This document shows, one piece after another, positions 1 through 9,826 of a stretch of DNA of 64,000 nt. The notes below the pieces were generated by a model. The model searched no databases. It saw only the letters and a program-made list of their open reading frames with translations, and was not told the DNA's origin. The position numbers and the translations under genes are program-made. Origin of the DNA: Alphaproteobacteria bacterium. Its GTDB lineage: Bacteria > Pseudomonadota > Alphaproteobacteria > Rs-D84. Each line of letters opens with the position of its first letter. The first letter of the stretch is position 1. The DNA lies in NCBI GenBank assembly GCA_017471445.1, contig JAFUTJ010000007.1, forward strand, positions 3,498 to 67,497. The letters are read 5' to 3'.

Positions 1-1406
1 TCGCGCAATTTTCGCGCAAATTCTGCACTTTCAAATATTGCGACATTTTCCGTGTTAAAATATTCACTGCGCGGGTCTAAATTAAAACTGCCAATCCAGG
101 AAATTTTATCGTCAAATACAATTGTTTTACTGTGCAGTACGGAAAATGCCGATTGTTTTCTTTCGCGGTCGTGCAACCGCCCACGCATATTTTGCGCAGA
201 CAACATAAATTCATACACATCGGATCCGGCCGCAACCAATGCTGCACGATATTTTTCCCATTTTGCATACACCGTTGGTGCATTCGTAGACGACAACGAA
301 TTTGTAACCAATGTAATATGTACCCCATCGCGTTCACGTTGAACCAAACGTTCCACACCACCGGCCCCAGGTACAAAATATGCCGCAGACATATATACAG
401 ATTTTTTTGTGTTGCGCCACAAACGGTTTAATTCATTTACAATTTCACCACGATAATTTTCTTTGTCATGCATTGACATTTCAACCTTGGCCGGGGAATC
501 AGCCAAGAATTTACCACGCCCCCACGAAAAATCAAAACGTTTATTACGGAAATCATCTTGGACACGCGAAATAATTTCATTATATTGCTTTAACGCGGCG
601 GCGGTTTGGGCATTTATATCTGTTACTTGGCGTTCCAGGCGACGCATTGCCTTTTTAGATTTTGCCTTTGGAAAAACAGATGCAGGTATTGCCAAGTGGT
701 GCGACCAATATTCATCAAAGCTGTGCGTTGCATGACGCGTCATGTCACCAATAAACAAAACATCCGTATCAGAAAAATTTGATGCGGTTTCAGGATAAAA
801 ATAATTACTGCCTACGTTGCGACCGCCGGTTATGTACGCAATATTATCAACAATGAACAATTTGTTATGCATACGCGAATTTAGGCGGTTAAAGTCCATT
901 AAAAATTGCGGGTAATAAAATATCTTGGCACGATTGGCAACCGTATTAAAAACCTTGACCTCTATATTCGGGTGCTGGTTCAGTAACATTACATCAACGA
1001 TATCGGATTTTGTTCCATAATCGTCCAACAATATTCGTACCTTGACCCCGCGATCAGCCGCATTTTTTAATTCAGCAATTAAAATACGCGACGAAAAATC
1101 ATTACTGTAAATATATGTCTGTAAATCAATTGTTTTTGTTGCCATGCGGGCAAATGCCGCACGTATTACAAACGCAGATAGCCCATCATCAATTAATGTT
1201 GCACCACTGATACCGGTGTTATGCCTTAATTCATCAGTGTATGGCAACGCAATCTGGGTCTGCATCGGGTCATAATTAAAATCATCGGCGGTAATTTTTG
1301 GCACATACCCATCCAGACGCCGATCAGACGTTGTTGTGGGCACCATTGTGCACCCAATCAACGGCAACGAAAATATCAGTATTGATATATTACGTAAATT
1401 TATCAT
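1..1406 (-). CDS. phospholipase D / cardiolipin-synthase-family lipoprotein (C-terminal end runs off the window)
   Basis: Missing from the ORF track because there is no stop in the window. Manual translation from the ATG at 1406 gives MINLRNISILIFSLPLIGC (lipobox) and two HKD motifs (HNKLFIVD; HSKTIVFDD..GSFNLD). The frame stays open to position 1. Confidence 0.8.
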   Translation of the reverse strand, partial: MINLRNISILIFSLPLIGCTMVPTTTSDRRLDGYVPKITADDFNYDPMQTQIALPYTDELRHNTGISGATLIDDGLSAFVIRAAFARMATKTIDLQTYIYSNDFSSRILIAELKNAADRGVKVRILLDDYGTKSDIVDVMLLNQHPNIEVKVFNTVANRAKIFYYPQFLMDFNRLNSRMHNKLFIVDNIAYITGGRNVGSNYFYPETASNFSDTDVLFIGDMTRHATHSFDEYWSHHLAIPASVFPKAKSKKAMRRLERQVTDINAQTAAALKQYNEIISRVQDDFRNKRFDFSWGRGKFLADSPAKVEMSMHDKENYRGEIVNELNRLWRNTKKSVYMSAAYFVPGAGGVERLVQRERDGVHITLVTNSLSSTNAPTVYAKWEKYRAALVAAGSDVYEFMLSAQNMRGRLHDRERKQSAFSVLHSKTIVFDDKISWIGSFNLDPRSEYFNTENVAIFESAEFARKLR

Positions 1407-1513
1407 GAATGCGATTATAGAAAATTTTGTATGGTTTGTACATTCTAAAATGCTGTGGATTTTGTATGAAAAATTTCATTATAATTTTGATATACAAAAA
1501 AAGGGGGAAATAT

Positions 1514-2542
1514 ATGTCATCAGATAAAATTATCGTAACCGGTGGGTGCGGGTATTTGGGTTCGCATACGGCGGTTGCACTGATTAACGCCGGGTTTAAT
1601 GTTGTTGTAATTGACGATTTACGTAATTCGCGTGCCGACGTGTTGGACGGCATTGCGCGAATTACCGGCACACGCCCAGAATTTGTGCATTGCGATTGTA
1701 CCGATGCGGCGACAATGGCGCATGCGTTTGACACGCACCGTGACGCGGTTGGTGTAATTCACTTTGCGGCGTTAAAGGCGGTTGGTGAATCGGTTGCGCA
1801 ACCTGTTTTGTATTATCGCAATAACCTGAACGCGTTGATTAACGTAATTGATATGATGGCGCGTTACAACATTCCAAACATTGTGTTTTCATCGTCGGCA
1901 ACGGTATATGGCGAACCAGACATATTACCCGTTACCGAAGAAACCCCGTTACAGCCCGCCACGTCCCCGTATGGCCAGACCAAGGTTATCGGTGAAAACA
2001 TCATTCGCGACTTTGTTCGTGCGAATGAAAATATGCACGCGGTGTTATTGCGGTATTTTAACCCAATTGGTGCGCACCCATCGGCGGAAATTGGTGAATT
2101 GCCAAATGGTGTACCAAATAACCTGTTGCCATATTTGACCCAGGTCGCCGCCGGCATTCGCGACCACTTGAACGTGTTTGGGGATGATTACCCAACGGCA
2201 GATGGTTTTTGCGTGCGTGACTATATCGACGTAAATGATTTGGCGGCGGCACACGTCGCGGCCGTTCAGTATATGATAAAAACTAAAAAGCCGATTGATG
2301 TATTTAACCTGGGGACGGGACGCGGTGTGTCTGTTATGGAATTGATTAATGCATTTGGTCGCGCAACCGGAATTAACATTAAATACGAAATTGCACCGCG
2401 GCGCGCAGGCGACGTACCGGAAATATGGTCAAATGCAGACCGTGCGAATAAAATACTGGGGTGGCGTGCAGAAACACCGTTGGACGAAACACTGGCCAAT
2501 GCGTGGCGGTGGCAAACGCGTGTTGGCAAAATAATTAAATGA
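1514..2542 (+). CDS. galE: UDP-glucose 4-epimerase
   Basis: MSSDKIIVTGGCGYLGSH Rossmann N-terminus, SSSATVYG, YGQTK and DYIDV motifs. The AAGGGGG SD lies before the ATG at 1514. The track start at 1427 would add an implausible extension. Confidence 0.9.
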   Translation: MSSDKIIVTGGCGYLGSHTAVALINAGFNVVVIDDLRNSRADVLDGIARITGTRPEFVHCDCTDAATMAHAFDTHRDAVGVIHFAALKAVGESVAQPVLYYRNNLNALINVIDMMARYNIPNIVFSSSATVYGEPDILPVTEETPLQPATSPYGQTKVIGENIIRDFVRANENMHAVLLRYFNPIGAHPSAEIGELPNGVPNNLLPYLTQVAAGIRDHLNVFGDDYPTADGFCVRDYIDVNDLAAAHVAAVQYMIKTKKPIDVFNLGTGRGVSVMELINAFGRATGINIKYEIAPRRAGDVPEIWSNADRANKILGWRAETPLDETLANAWRWQTRVGKIIK

Positions 2543-2626
2543 TTTATCACAATATATGTGCACTTTTTCGTTTGTAAAACATTGGCATATGTGATAAAAT
2601 CATCCTGATAGGAAGGATTTTTTGCG

Positions 2627-5053
2627 ATGAAAAGACTTGTTGCAGTAATCAGTGGACTGTTGATTTTACCCGCTTTTGCAGAGGTTGCGCCGCTTTATTA
2701 CGATGCCGCCGAAACAGAATATATTGACGACGCAGACGTGGCCGACGTTGCAGACGACATGTTAAATTCGGATGTTGCGGATGAATCTGCACCTGCGATT
2801 GTGTCATCAAACGCGGCGACGCCGCGTACAACACGCGCAATTTCGCGCGTTGTGCCGACCGGTACGGCATCTGCAACGCAAAAATCCAATACATCACGCC
2901 GAACATCGGCAACCCGTGGTGTTACGTCACGCGTAACCGCGCGTACGGCGGCAACACGCGCAAATATCGCATCGCGCCCGGCGGCAACCAATGGTACCAC
3001 GGCGCGCACATCGTCACGCACAACAAATAATGGCACCGTTTCGACACGTAACACACCGGCATCGTCTGGCACACGTGCACGTGCATCAATTGTTCAGACG
3101 GACACCGTTAACACCAGTTTATATAACGGCACAGCCGGTCGGGTGGGATTGCGTACAAATGTTGGTGTTGCGTCGCGTGTACCAACAATTCGCGCGGCAA
3201 CTGCGGTTGCGACACCTGCGACAACGACGGTGGTAAATGCGGCCGATACCGCGGCAACAATGAACGAATTGGCCGAATTAACCGATTATTGCAAGGCGCA
3301 ATATACCGAATGCATGGACAATTTCTGTAACGTATTGGACGATAACCAGGGTCGGTGCAGTTGTTCTAAAAACCTGAAAAATTATGAAAAAACAGAAACC
3401 GCGTTAAAGGATGCAACGGCGGCATTGCAAGATGTTGCCGCACAAATTCAGTACATAGGCCTGAGTTCGAGCGAGGTTGAAACCCTGTTCGCCCAGACCG
3501 AAGCGGAATTAAAAATGTCCAATTCAACCGATAATTCCAAGATTAAAAATGATTTGGACAAGATTAAAAACATGATTGTTAATGTTAAATCTGGTACAAC
3601 GGGTGTATCGGATGCAAATACATTGGGAATTGACTTGTCCGGCCTGTTGGACTTTAACATCAGCAGTACTGGATTTGACCTGTCGTCGTTGTTTGGGGGC
3701 ACATCATCAAACACGTCCAGTATTACAAATCAACGTGGCGAAACGCTGTACAAGACGGCAACGGCCCGGTGCAAGGCATCTGTATTAAACACGTGCGCGA
3801 CCCAAGGTGTTGATATTTCAATTGTATCAAATGCATACGATATGGAAATTGACAAACAATGTATTGCGTATGAACGCAGTTTGACCGATGCAAATGACCA
3901 AATGTCGGCAACCGTGCGTAATGCAAAGACGGTTCTGCAAAAGGCGCGCCTGTTGGTGGCACAGAATAAAAATCAATATGACATGCGTGGTTGCATAAAC
4001 GCATTGGATGCGTGCATGCAAGATGACTATGTATGTGGTTCCGACTATGAAAACTGTCTAGACCCAACCGGCAAATATATCGTTAATGGCGCGGTGGTCA
4101 AGGGCAGTTTACCCGGCATCCCCGGCGGCGAATACGGCACGGCCGGTACGAATGGTGGTGTTTCGTCAAATGGCGGTGTGGCAATCATAAAGAATGGTGT
4201 CGGTTTTACAAATTCTGGACTGTATGCGACATGGGATTATGACAACACGTCAAAAAATGCATGGTCAAATGGTAACCTGGCAGATTATATTACCAGTACA
4301 ATTTCCAAAACGGCCAATTCGATTACAACACCGGCCAACATGACAGAATATCTGAAATCGAAAATCGGTTATGTTGATAAAGATAACAAGGTCCAGGGTA
4401 TGTGCGCATCGGTCCTGACCAAATGTCAAGATTACACGTATACCGGCACCGGCAACAGCCGCAAATACAACGATAGCAACGACGTTATTAAAAATTATCT
4501 GGAACGCGTTATGGTTCAGATCAAGGCAAAACAAGACGATGTTATTTCCGACTATGCCGAAGGTTGCATATCAGATGTTTCGTCGTGCCTGGCCCAGAAT
4601 AATTACAATTATTATTATTCTGCAACAACGTACAGTACGCTGACCAATTCTAACCCGTCGAACATCGCGATTCAGGCATGCATGTCTATAATCAACACAT
4701 GCAAAAGCGCGACAACGCCGTCGTCTGATGCATCAACGGTGTATCAATGGCTGGATTCCGCGCTGGGCACCACGCTGGACACCATCAAAGCCGCCTGTAC
4801 CGCAGCAAGCGATTCTAACGGTATTTATTTTCAAGGAACATGGTCAGACGGTGAATGCAAGTGCAAGACTGGTGGTACATACTATGATGCGGCGTCGTTC
4901 CGTTGCGTTAACAACTGCATGTATTCACCACAATACCCGAAAAATGTTACCTTGGGAAACGGTGACCGTAAATGTGGCGAATGTCCCGCTGGGGAAACCC
5001 CAACAAAGTCAGGAAGTGGTACACCGACGCAATATGAATGTAAAGCTTCATAA
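2627..5053 (+). CDS. large secreted cysteine-rich protein, family A (paralog of 16147..18393)
   Basis: Signal peptide MKRLVAVISGLLILPAFA with an AGGAAGGA SD. An acidic stretch is followed by a long Arg/Ser/Thr-rich low-complexity region. An ordered series of Cys motifs (CKAQYTECMDNFCNVLDDNQGRCSCS, DKQCIAYE, GCINALDACMQDDYVCGSDYENCLDPTGKY, GMCASVLTKCQDYTY) is shared with the paralog. Confidence 0.85.
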   Translation: MKRLVAVISGLLILPAFAEVAPLYYDAAETEYIDDADVADVADDMLNSDVADESAPAIVSSNAATPRTTRAISRVVPTGTASATQKSNTSRRTSATRGVTSRVTARTAATRANIASRPAATNGTTARTSSRTTNNGTVSTRNTPASSGTRARASIVQTDTVNTSLYNGTAGRVGLRTNVGVASRVPTIRAATAVATPATTTVVNAADTAATMNELAELTDYCKAQYTECMDNFCNVLDDNQGRCSCSKNLKNYEKTETALKDATAALQDVAAQIQYIGLSSSEVETLFAQTEAELKMSNSTDNSKIKNDLDKIKNMIVNVKSGTTGVSDANTLGIDLSGLLDFNISSTGFDLSSLFGGTSSNTSSITNQRGETLYKTATARCKASVLNTCATQGVDISIVSNAYDMEIDKQCIAYERSLTDANDQMSATVRNAKTVLQKARLLVAQNKNQYDMRGCINALDACMQDDYVCGSDYENCLDPTGKYIVNGAVVKGSLPGIPGGEYGTAGTNGGVSSNGGVAIIKNGVGFTNSGLYATWDYDNTSKNAWSNGNLADYITSTISKTANSITTPANMTEYLKSKIGYVDKDNKVQGMCASVLTKCQDYTYTGTGNSRKYNDSNDVIKNYLERVMVQIKAKQDDVISDYAEGCISDVSSCLAQNNYNYYYSATTYSTLTNSNPSNIAIQACMSIINTCKSATTPSSDASTVYQWLDSALGTTLDTIKAACTAASDSNGIYFQGTWSDGECKCKTGGTYYDAASFRCVNNCMYSPQYPKNVTLGNGDRKCGECPAGETPTKSGSGTPTQYECKAS

Positions 5054-5057
5054 TTCA

Positions 5058-5084
5058 AAGCGCCCATCTGGGCGTTTCTTTTAT
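5058..5084 (+). terminator. intrinsic terminator after family-A gene
   Basis: Stem AAGCGCC/GGCGTTT with loop ATCT, followed by a T-rich run (cttttat). Confidence 0.6.
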
Positions 5085-5330
5085 GCATTTAACAAAAACC
5101 AATTTTTATAATTTTTGCAAAAACATCCAATGCGACAAAATATAATATATTTTTCCCGCATACCGATATCAAAACAGGATTCGAATATTAAACCAATTCA
5201 ATGTGTACAATATGCCGTACGTTTTACATAATGGTATAAACAAATGAACAATGATATGAAATAAATATTATGCACCGCAAACACCAATATAAAAAATAAT
5301 ACGATTTAACGGCGGTTTGTTTGGCACAAT

Positions 5331-5357
5331 AAAAAACGCGCCAAAGCGCGTTTTTTT
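5331..5357 (-). terminator. intrinsic terminator (A-run/T-run on both sides, potentially bidirectional)
   Basis: AAAAAA-CGCGC-CAAA-GCGCG-TTTTTTT. It abuts the stop of the minus-strand gene 5356..5712. Confidence 0.65.
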
Positions 5358-5712
5358 AATATCCGCAACGATTGCAACGCGGACGCGGGCTTTCCACCAC
5401 GCGACGTTCGGCGTATGTACCCGCCGGTGCGTAAACAACAACCGGTTGATACATTTGGTAATGGTCAATAACTTCGGTATGTGTCTTTACCGCAACCGGA
5501 TTACCGGCCGCATGCGGACATGGACGCGGGTTTGCCGCAACAACACGGCGCGGCGCATTATATGTGGCACGCGGTGCAACCGATGTTTCAACGCGAAAAT
5601 CTGTACGCGCATTGTAATGTCCAATTTCTTCATAAAACAGACCGCCGTCGGATGCATGTGCCGCAACACAAACCAAACCCGCCATCAGTCCAGATAAAAT
5701 TACTTTTTTCAT
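5356..5712 (-). CDS. small secreted protein, unknown function
   Basis: Signal peptide MKKVILSGLMAGLVCVAAHA. A terminator lies directly downstream. I recognise no family. Confidence 0.6.
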   Translation of the reverse strand: MKKVILSGLMAGLVCVAAHASDGGLFYEEIGHYNARTDFRVETSVAPRATYNAPRRVVAANPRPCPHAAGNPVAVKTHTEVIDHYQMYQPVVVYAPAGTYAERRVVESPRPRCNRCGY

Positions 5713-5823
5713 GTGTGTTCCCCTTGGTTGGTCGCCCTCATATTAACACAAATTAAATCATTGTCAACAATAATATTGACAAAAGTGTTTTTTGGAATTT
5801 ATACATGGTTTGTACGTAAATGT

Positions 5824-5852
5824 TTGACTTTTACGAAACATCGGTATAAAAT
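5824..5852 (+). promoter_or_regulatory. candidate sigma70 promoter for rpoA-rplQ
   Basis: TTGACT-N17-TAAAAT about 75 nt upstream of rpoA. A TTGTCAA-N8-TTGACAA palindrome lies at 5761-5782. Confidence 0.45.
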
Positions 5853-5926
5853 ACGCGCACACGTTCGGTAAAATACCGCGTGGCCATTTGGCGAAAATGA
5901 TAAACTAAGCTAAAAGGAAAAAATAA

Positions 5927-6955
5927 ATGATTGAAAAAAACTGGATGACTTTGACCAAGCCAAAAAAGCTGAATATCAAGGTTGATGAACATAATCCAAA
6001 CATTGCAACACTGGTTGCGGAACCGTTGGAAAAGGGATTTGGGCGTACAATTGGTACGGCGTTACGTCGCGTACTGTTGTCGTCATTACAGGGTTGCGCC
6101 CCAATTTATATTAAAATTGATGGCGTTCAACACGAATTTAGCAGTGTTCAAGGTTGTCGCGAAGATGTAACCGACATTATCTTGAACCTGAAAGGGGTTT
6201 ATTTCAAGGCCCTGACCGAAGGCCAACACAAGGCACATATCAAGGTCAAGGGTCCGGCCGTTGTCACCGCGGGTATGATTGAAACATCCGGCGGGGTAGA
6301 GGTGATGAACAAAGATGTTGAAATCTGCACATTGGACAAAGGCGCAAATTTTGACATGGAAATCACACTGGGTACCGGCCGCGGTTATGTTCCGTCGTCT
6401 GCAAATGCAGATGGTTTGCCGTTGGGGACGATTCCGGTTGATTCAATTTATTCGCCGATTCTGAACGTCGCGTTCGATGTCAGTGAGACCCGTTTCGGTC
6501 AATCCACCGACTATGACAAATTGGAATTAACGGTAAAAACAAACGGTTCGGTCAGCCCAGAAGACGCAATCGCATTTGCGGCACGTATATTGACCGACCA
6601 ATTGGTTGTATTCATTAACTTTGAAGACCCGGCGCAAATTAACGCCCCGACCGAAGAAGAAAAGGCCAAAGACGCATTGCCGTTTGACCCGAAATTGTTA
6701 AAGCATGTTGATGAATTGGAATTGTCTGTACGTGCGAACAATTGTCTGAAAAATGACAAGATTAACTGGCTGGGGGAATTGGTACAAAAGACCGAAGCAG
6801 ACATGCTGAAAACACCGAACTTTGGCCGCAAATCATTGAACGAGATTAAAGTTCAATTAGAGGCCATGGGATTAGGCCTGGGGATGGAAGTCCCGGGTTG
6901 GCCACCGGAAAATATTGCCGAATTGGCCAAAAAATACGAAGACCCGTATAAATAA
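5927..6955 (+). CDS. rpoA: DNA-directed RNA polymerase subunit alpha
   Basis: Typical N-terminus ([25 protein letters not shown]) and C-terminal domain ([13 protein letters not shown]...GRKSLNEIK). Confidence 0.97.
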   Translation: MIEKNWMTLTKPKKLNIKVDEHNPNIATLVAEPLEKGFGRTIGTALRRVLLSSLQGCAPIYIKIDGVQHEFSSVQGCREDVTDIILNLKGVYFKALTEGQHKAHIKVKGPAVVTAGMIETSGGVEVMNKDVEICTLDKGANFDMEITLGTGRGYVPSSANADGLPLGTIPVDSIYSPILNVAFDVSETRFGQSTDYDKLELTVKTNGSVSPEDAIAFAARILTDQLVVFINFEDPAQINAPTEEEKAKDALPFDPKLLKHVDELELSVRANNCLKNDKINWLGELVQKTEADMLKTPNFGRKSLNEIKVQLEAMGLGLGMEVPGWPPENIAELAKKYEDPYK

Positions 6956-7061
6956 AAATTAAAAATCCGCAATTCTGGCGCGCGTTGTGCGTACCAGGTT
7001 GCGGTGTGTCGAAACCAATCCCCGGCACCCCGGGGCAGAAATAAAATAAAGGAGTAATCAA

Positions 7062-7631
7062 ATGAGACACAATGTATCAGGTCGCACATTTAATCGCGAT
7101 ACAAATGCACGCAAGGCCCTGTTGATTGGCTTGGCGAAAAATTTAATTGAACGGGAACAGATTAAAACAACCTTGCCCAAGGCAAAAGACCTGCGCAGTG
7201 TTGTTGAAAAATTGATTACCCGTGCCAAGGTTGACAGTGTTGCAAACCGCCGCATCGTCGCCGCCGAATTGGGCAACAGTGGTGCCGCCACGGTAAAAAA
7301 ACTGTTTACCGTGTTGGGGCCACGTTATGCAAAACGCCCGGGCGGTTATACCCGCGTGTTAAAGGCCGGTTTCCGCTATGGCGATGCCGCACCAATGGCA
7401 ATAATTGAATTGGTTGACCGCGACGAAAGCGCGAAAAAGACGGTAAAAGCGGCAGAAGCCGCGGCACCGGTTGCAACAGATGCCGACACGGCGGAAAAGA
7501 CCACTGAAAAGAAACCTGCGGCAAAAAAAGCCGCCGCGCCCAAGGCAGAAAAAAAGCCGGCCACAAAAACGGCACGCGCAACAACTGCTAAAAAGGAAGT
7601 TTCGGTAAAACGTCGTTCAACCGGAAAATAA
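7062..7631 (+). CDS. rplQ: 50S ribosomal protein L17 with Ala/Lys-rich C-terminal tail
   Basis: [20 protein letters not shown]...GGYTRVLK is the L17 core, followed by an A/K/E-rich extension of about 60 aa. Confidence 0.95.
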   Translation: MRHNVSGRTFNRDTNARKALLIGLAKNLIEREQIKTTLPKAKDLRSVVEKLITRAKVDSVANRRIVAAELGNSGAATVKKLFTVLGPRYAKRPGGYTRVLKAGFRYGDAAPMAIIELVDRDESAKKTVKAAEAAAPVATDADTAEKTTEKKPAAKKAAAPKAEKKPATKTARATTAKKEVSVKRRSTGK

Positions 7632-7658
7632 AAAATTGCCCCGAACGGGGCATTTTTT
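7632..7658 (+). terminator. intrinsic terminator after rplQ
   Basis: TGCCCC-GAAC-GGGGCA followed by TTTTTT. Confidence 0.75.
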
Positions 7659-7999
7659 ATTGCGATAAAATTTTTAATCGCTGGTATGCCGATATTTGTT
7701 CTGATATTACCTTGATGTCGTGGCGATACTGCTGCGTTGGGATTGAACACCCATGGTAAGCGTCCGAATTACCGGACGATTTTGTCCCCGCCGGGAACGG
7801 TTGTGGGGGATGTGAATATATTGAATAAACATCGCAATTCTTACTATTGTGTTCAACCGCCAACCAGTACAATTTTGCGCAGGCGGGAATCTATTATTTT
7901 TGAATCATGGAATTTATTACGTATTAATTCCGGTAACTTGTATACAGTGGTTCCCCACCAGCGCGGGGGTGACGACATTCTACAACACCGGGCACAGTT

Positions 8000-8054
8000 C
8001 CAAAAATCATAAATCAGAAATCCGAAATCTACCAATCATCAAACCTGATTTATG
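8000..8054 (-). terminator. candidate terminator of ftsA-rpe ORF (10-bp perfect stem, large loop)
   Basis: CATAAATCAG (8008-8017) is the exact reverse complement of CTGATTTATG (8045-8054). On the minus-strand RNA the stem is followed by AUUUUUGG. The stem includes the stop codon. Confidence 0.45.
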
Positions 8055-9825
8055 CACTTGTTTTCCGCATCAGTCCACGTATGGCCAGGGGAAAATCATT
8101 TGCGCGTGCTAAATAAGACCCAGAAACCAGCAAATCGGCCCCAGCGTCCCAGCACATTTGTGCCGTTTTGTCATTTATTCCGCCATCAACAGATATTGTA
8201 AACCGCAACCCATACCGTTTGCGCGTCGCGGCCAGCACAGAAATTTTATGCAAACATTCGGGATTAAACGCCTGGCCGGCGGCACCGGGTGCAACGGTCA
8301 TAACCATAACTTCATCAACGTCGCGCAATACCGACTTTAATATTGAAACCGACGAATCCGGATGCAGTGCCACCCCAGCACGTACACCCGCCGCCCGAAT
8401 GTTATGCAGTGCGGTTCGCACCCCCGATGTGTTGGTTGAAACAATAATTGTATTTGCACCCGCGGCAATTGCGTCGTTTGCCCACACAACCGGCCCTTCG
8501 GTCATCAGGTGCACGTGCAGATGTGCGTCTGTGTGCGCGCGTATATATTTTAATTCATCAATCCCGCCGGCGATACGGTCGACATAGAATCCATCCATTA
8601 TATCAACGTGAACAATTGACACGCCACCAGATTGAAACAGTGAATATGTTTCATCACGCCGCATGTCAAAGCACAATGTGCTGGGCATAATGGGAATAAA
8701 TTCATTACGTTTACGGCGGCGGCGCGTAAATATGCCACGAATGCGCGACATATGTTTTTGCATGCGTTCACTGCGCGCGATATATGCGGCACGGTGTGCC
8801 CCTTCGGCCGCCCATATATATTCTGACAATGCACGTGTGGCCGCATCCGGCCCCATGTTTTCAACCGGTATTGCAAACATATTTTCAACCAGGTCCGCCA
8901 CACCGTCGCACCCACTTGCGCCGCCGGTAATGACAATACGCCGTGGTGCATATCGGCCAATTGCCGTCATTGCGGCGTTCTTTATTTGGCCAACAATATC
9001 AACAATGTTCGGTATCACAATATCGTTTATATCGCTGCGCGAAAAGTCATATGCCGTGTCCGCCGGGGTAAATCGGTCCATTTCTTTTGGAATCATGCTG
9101 GCCACGGTGCGCTTAATCCGTTCGGCATCGTCAAAACCGACATTCGTTTTTTCGGCAATTTCACGTGTGATGTTTGTTCCACCATGTGCATATTTATAGT
9201 GCCACACCGGTCCACGTTCGGACCAAATTGACACAGATGTAAATTCGGCACCAAAATCAATAATCATTTGCGTGCCATTTGCCGGGTATGATGCATTTAC
9301 TAAAAACATTGGGTCAAAGAACGCCGCCGGCTGAATATGCGCCCGTCGCAGGAATGCACCAATTTCATCCATACGTGATTGTTCATAAAAAATACCACCA
9401 AATACCGATGCCAATTTTCGTTCCACCACACCAATCGGCGTTGGCATATTTTTTGTCGTCGCCCCGTCATATCGCAATGGCACAATATGCATTGGGTAAA
9501 ATCCATCTGGCGGGGTTATTTGCGAAATCTGGGCCTTGATATCGGCGGGGGTAATTTTATGTTCGCCCGACCACAGTGTTTCGCGCCGCGTCATCGTAAA
9601 CCATGCGTTGCCAAAGTTCCCAGTAATATACGCCGTATCAAAGTGCGTGCCAATTTTATTTTCCAATTCATCAATTACCGACTTTAACGCGAAAACCGTA
9701 TCATAATTATCAACAGAATACATGGCCGATTTATCAATGCGCCCACTGCGCACGCGATGTGCAATGCCACGAACGCCGCTGGTTCCGATGTCCAGACACA
9801 AAAAAGATGAATCAAATAAATTCAT
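8050..9825 (-). CDS. ftsA: FtsA (cell-division actin homolog) fused in frame to ribulose-phosphate 3-epimerase
   Basis: The N-terminal ~375 aa are FtsA-like (LDIGTSGVRG..., ITGGASG...). They end in a basic amphipathic tail, IRGIFTRRRRKRNEF. After only IPI, an Rpe-like 212 aa follows from the ATG at 8688 (MPSTLCFD..VHVDIMDGFYV..HLHVHLM..VMTVAPGAAGQAF..ISVDGGIN..GADLLVSGSYL). The start at 9825 lies 1 nt after the ftsQ stop. Confidence 0.85.
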   Translation of the reverse strand: MNLFDSSFLCLDIGTSGVRGIAHRVRSGRIDKSAMYSVDNYDTVFALKSVIDELENKIGTHFDTAYITGNFGNAWFTMTRRETLWSGEHKITPADIKAQISQITPPDGFYPMHIVPLRYDGATTKNMPTPIGVVERKLASVFGGIFYEQSRMDEIGAFLRRAHIQPAAFFDPMFLVNASYPANGTQMIIDFGAEFTSVSIWSERGPVWHYKYAHGGTNITREIAEKTNVGFDDAERIKRTVASMIPKEMDRFTPADTAYDFSRSDINDIVIPNIVDIVGQIKNAAMTAIGRYAPRRIVITGGASGCDGVADLVENMFAIPVENMGPDAATRALSEYIWAAEGAHRAAYIARSERMQKHMSRIRGIFTRRRRKRNEFIPIMPSTLCFDMRRDETYSLFQSGGVSIVHVDIMDGFYVDRIAGGIDELKYIRAHTDAHLHVHLMTEGPVVWANDAIAAGANTIIVSTNTSGVRTALHNIRAAGVRAGVALHPDSSVSILKSVLRDVDEVMVMTVAPGAAGQAFNPECLHKISVLAATRKRYGLRFTISVDGGINDKTAQMCWDAGADLLVSGSYLARANDFPLAIRGLMRKTSA

Positions 9826-9826
9826 T

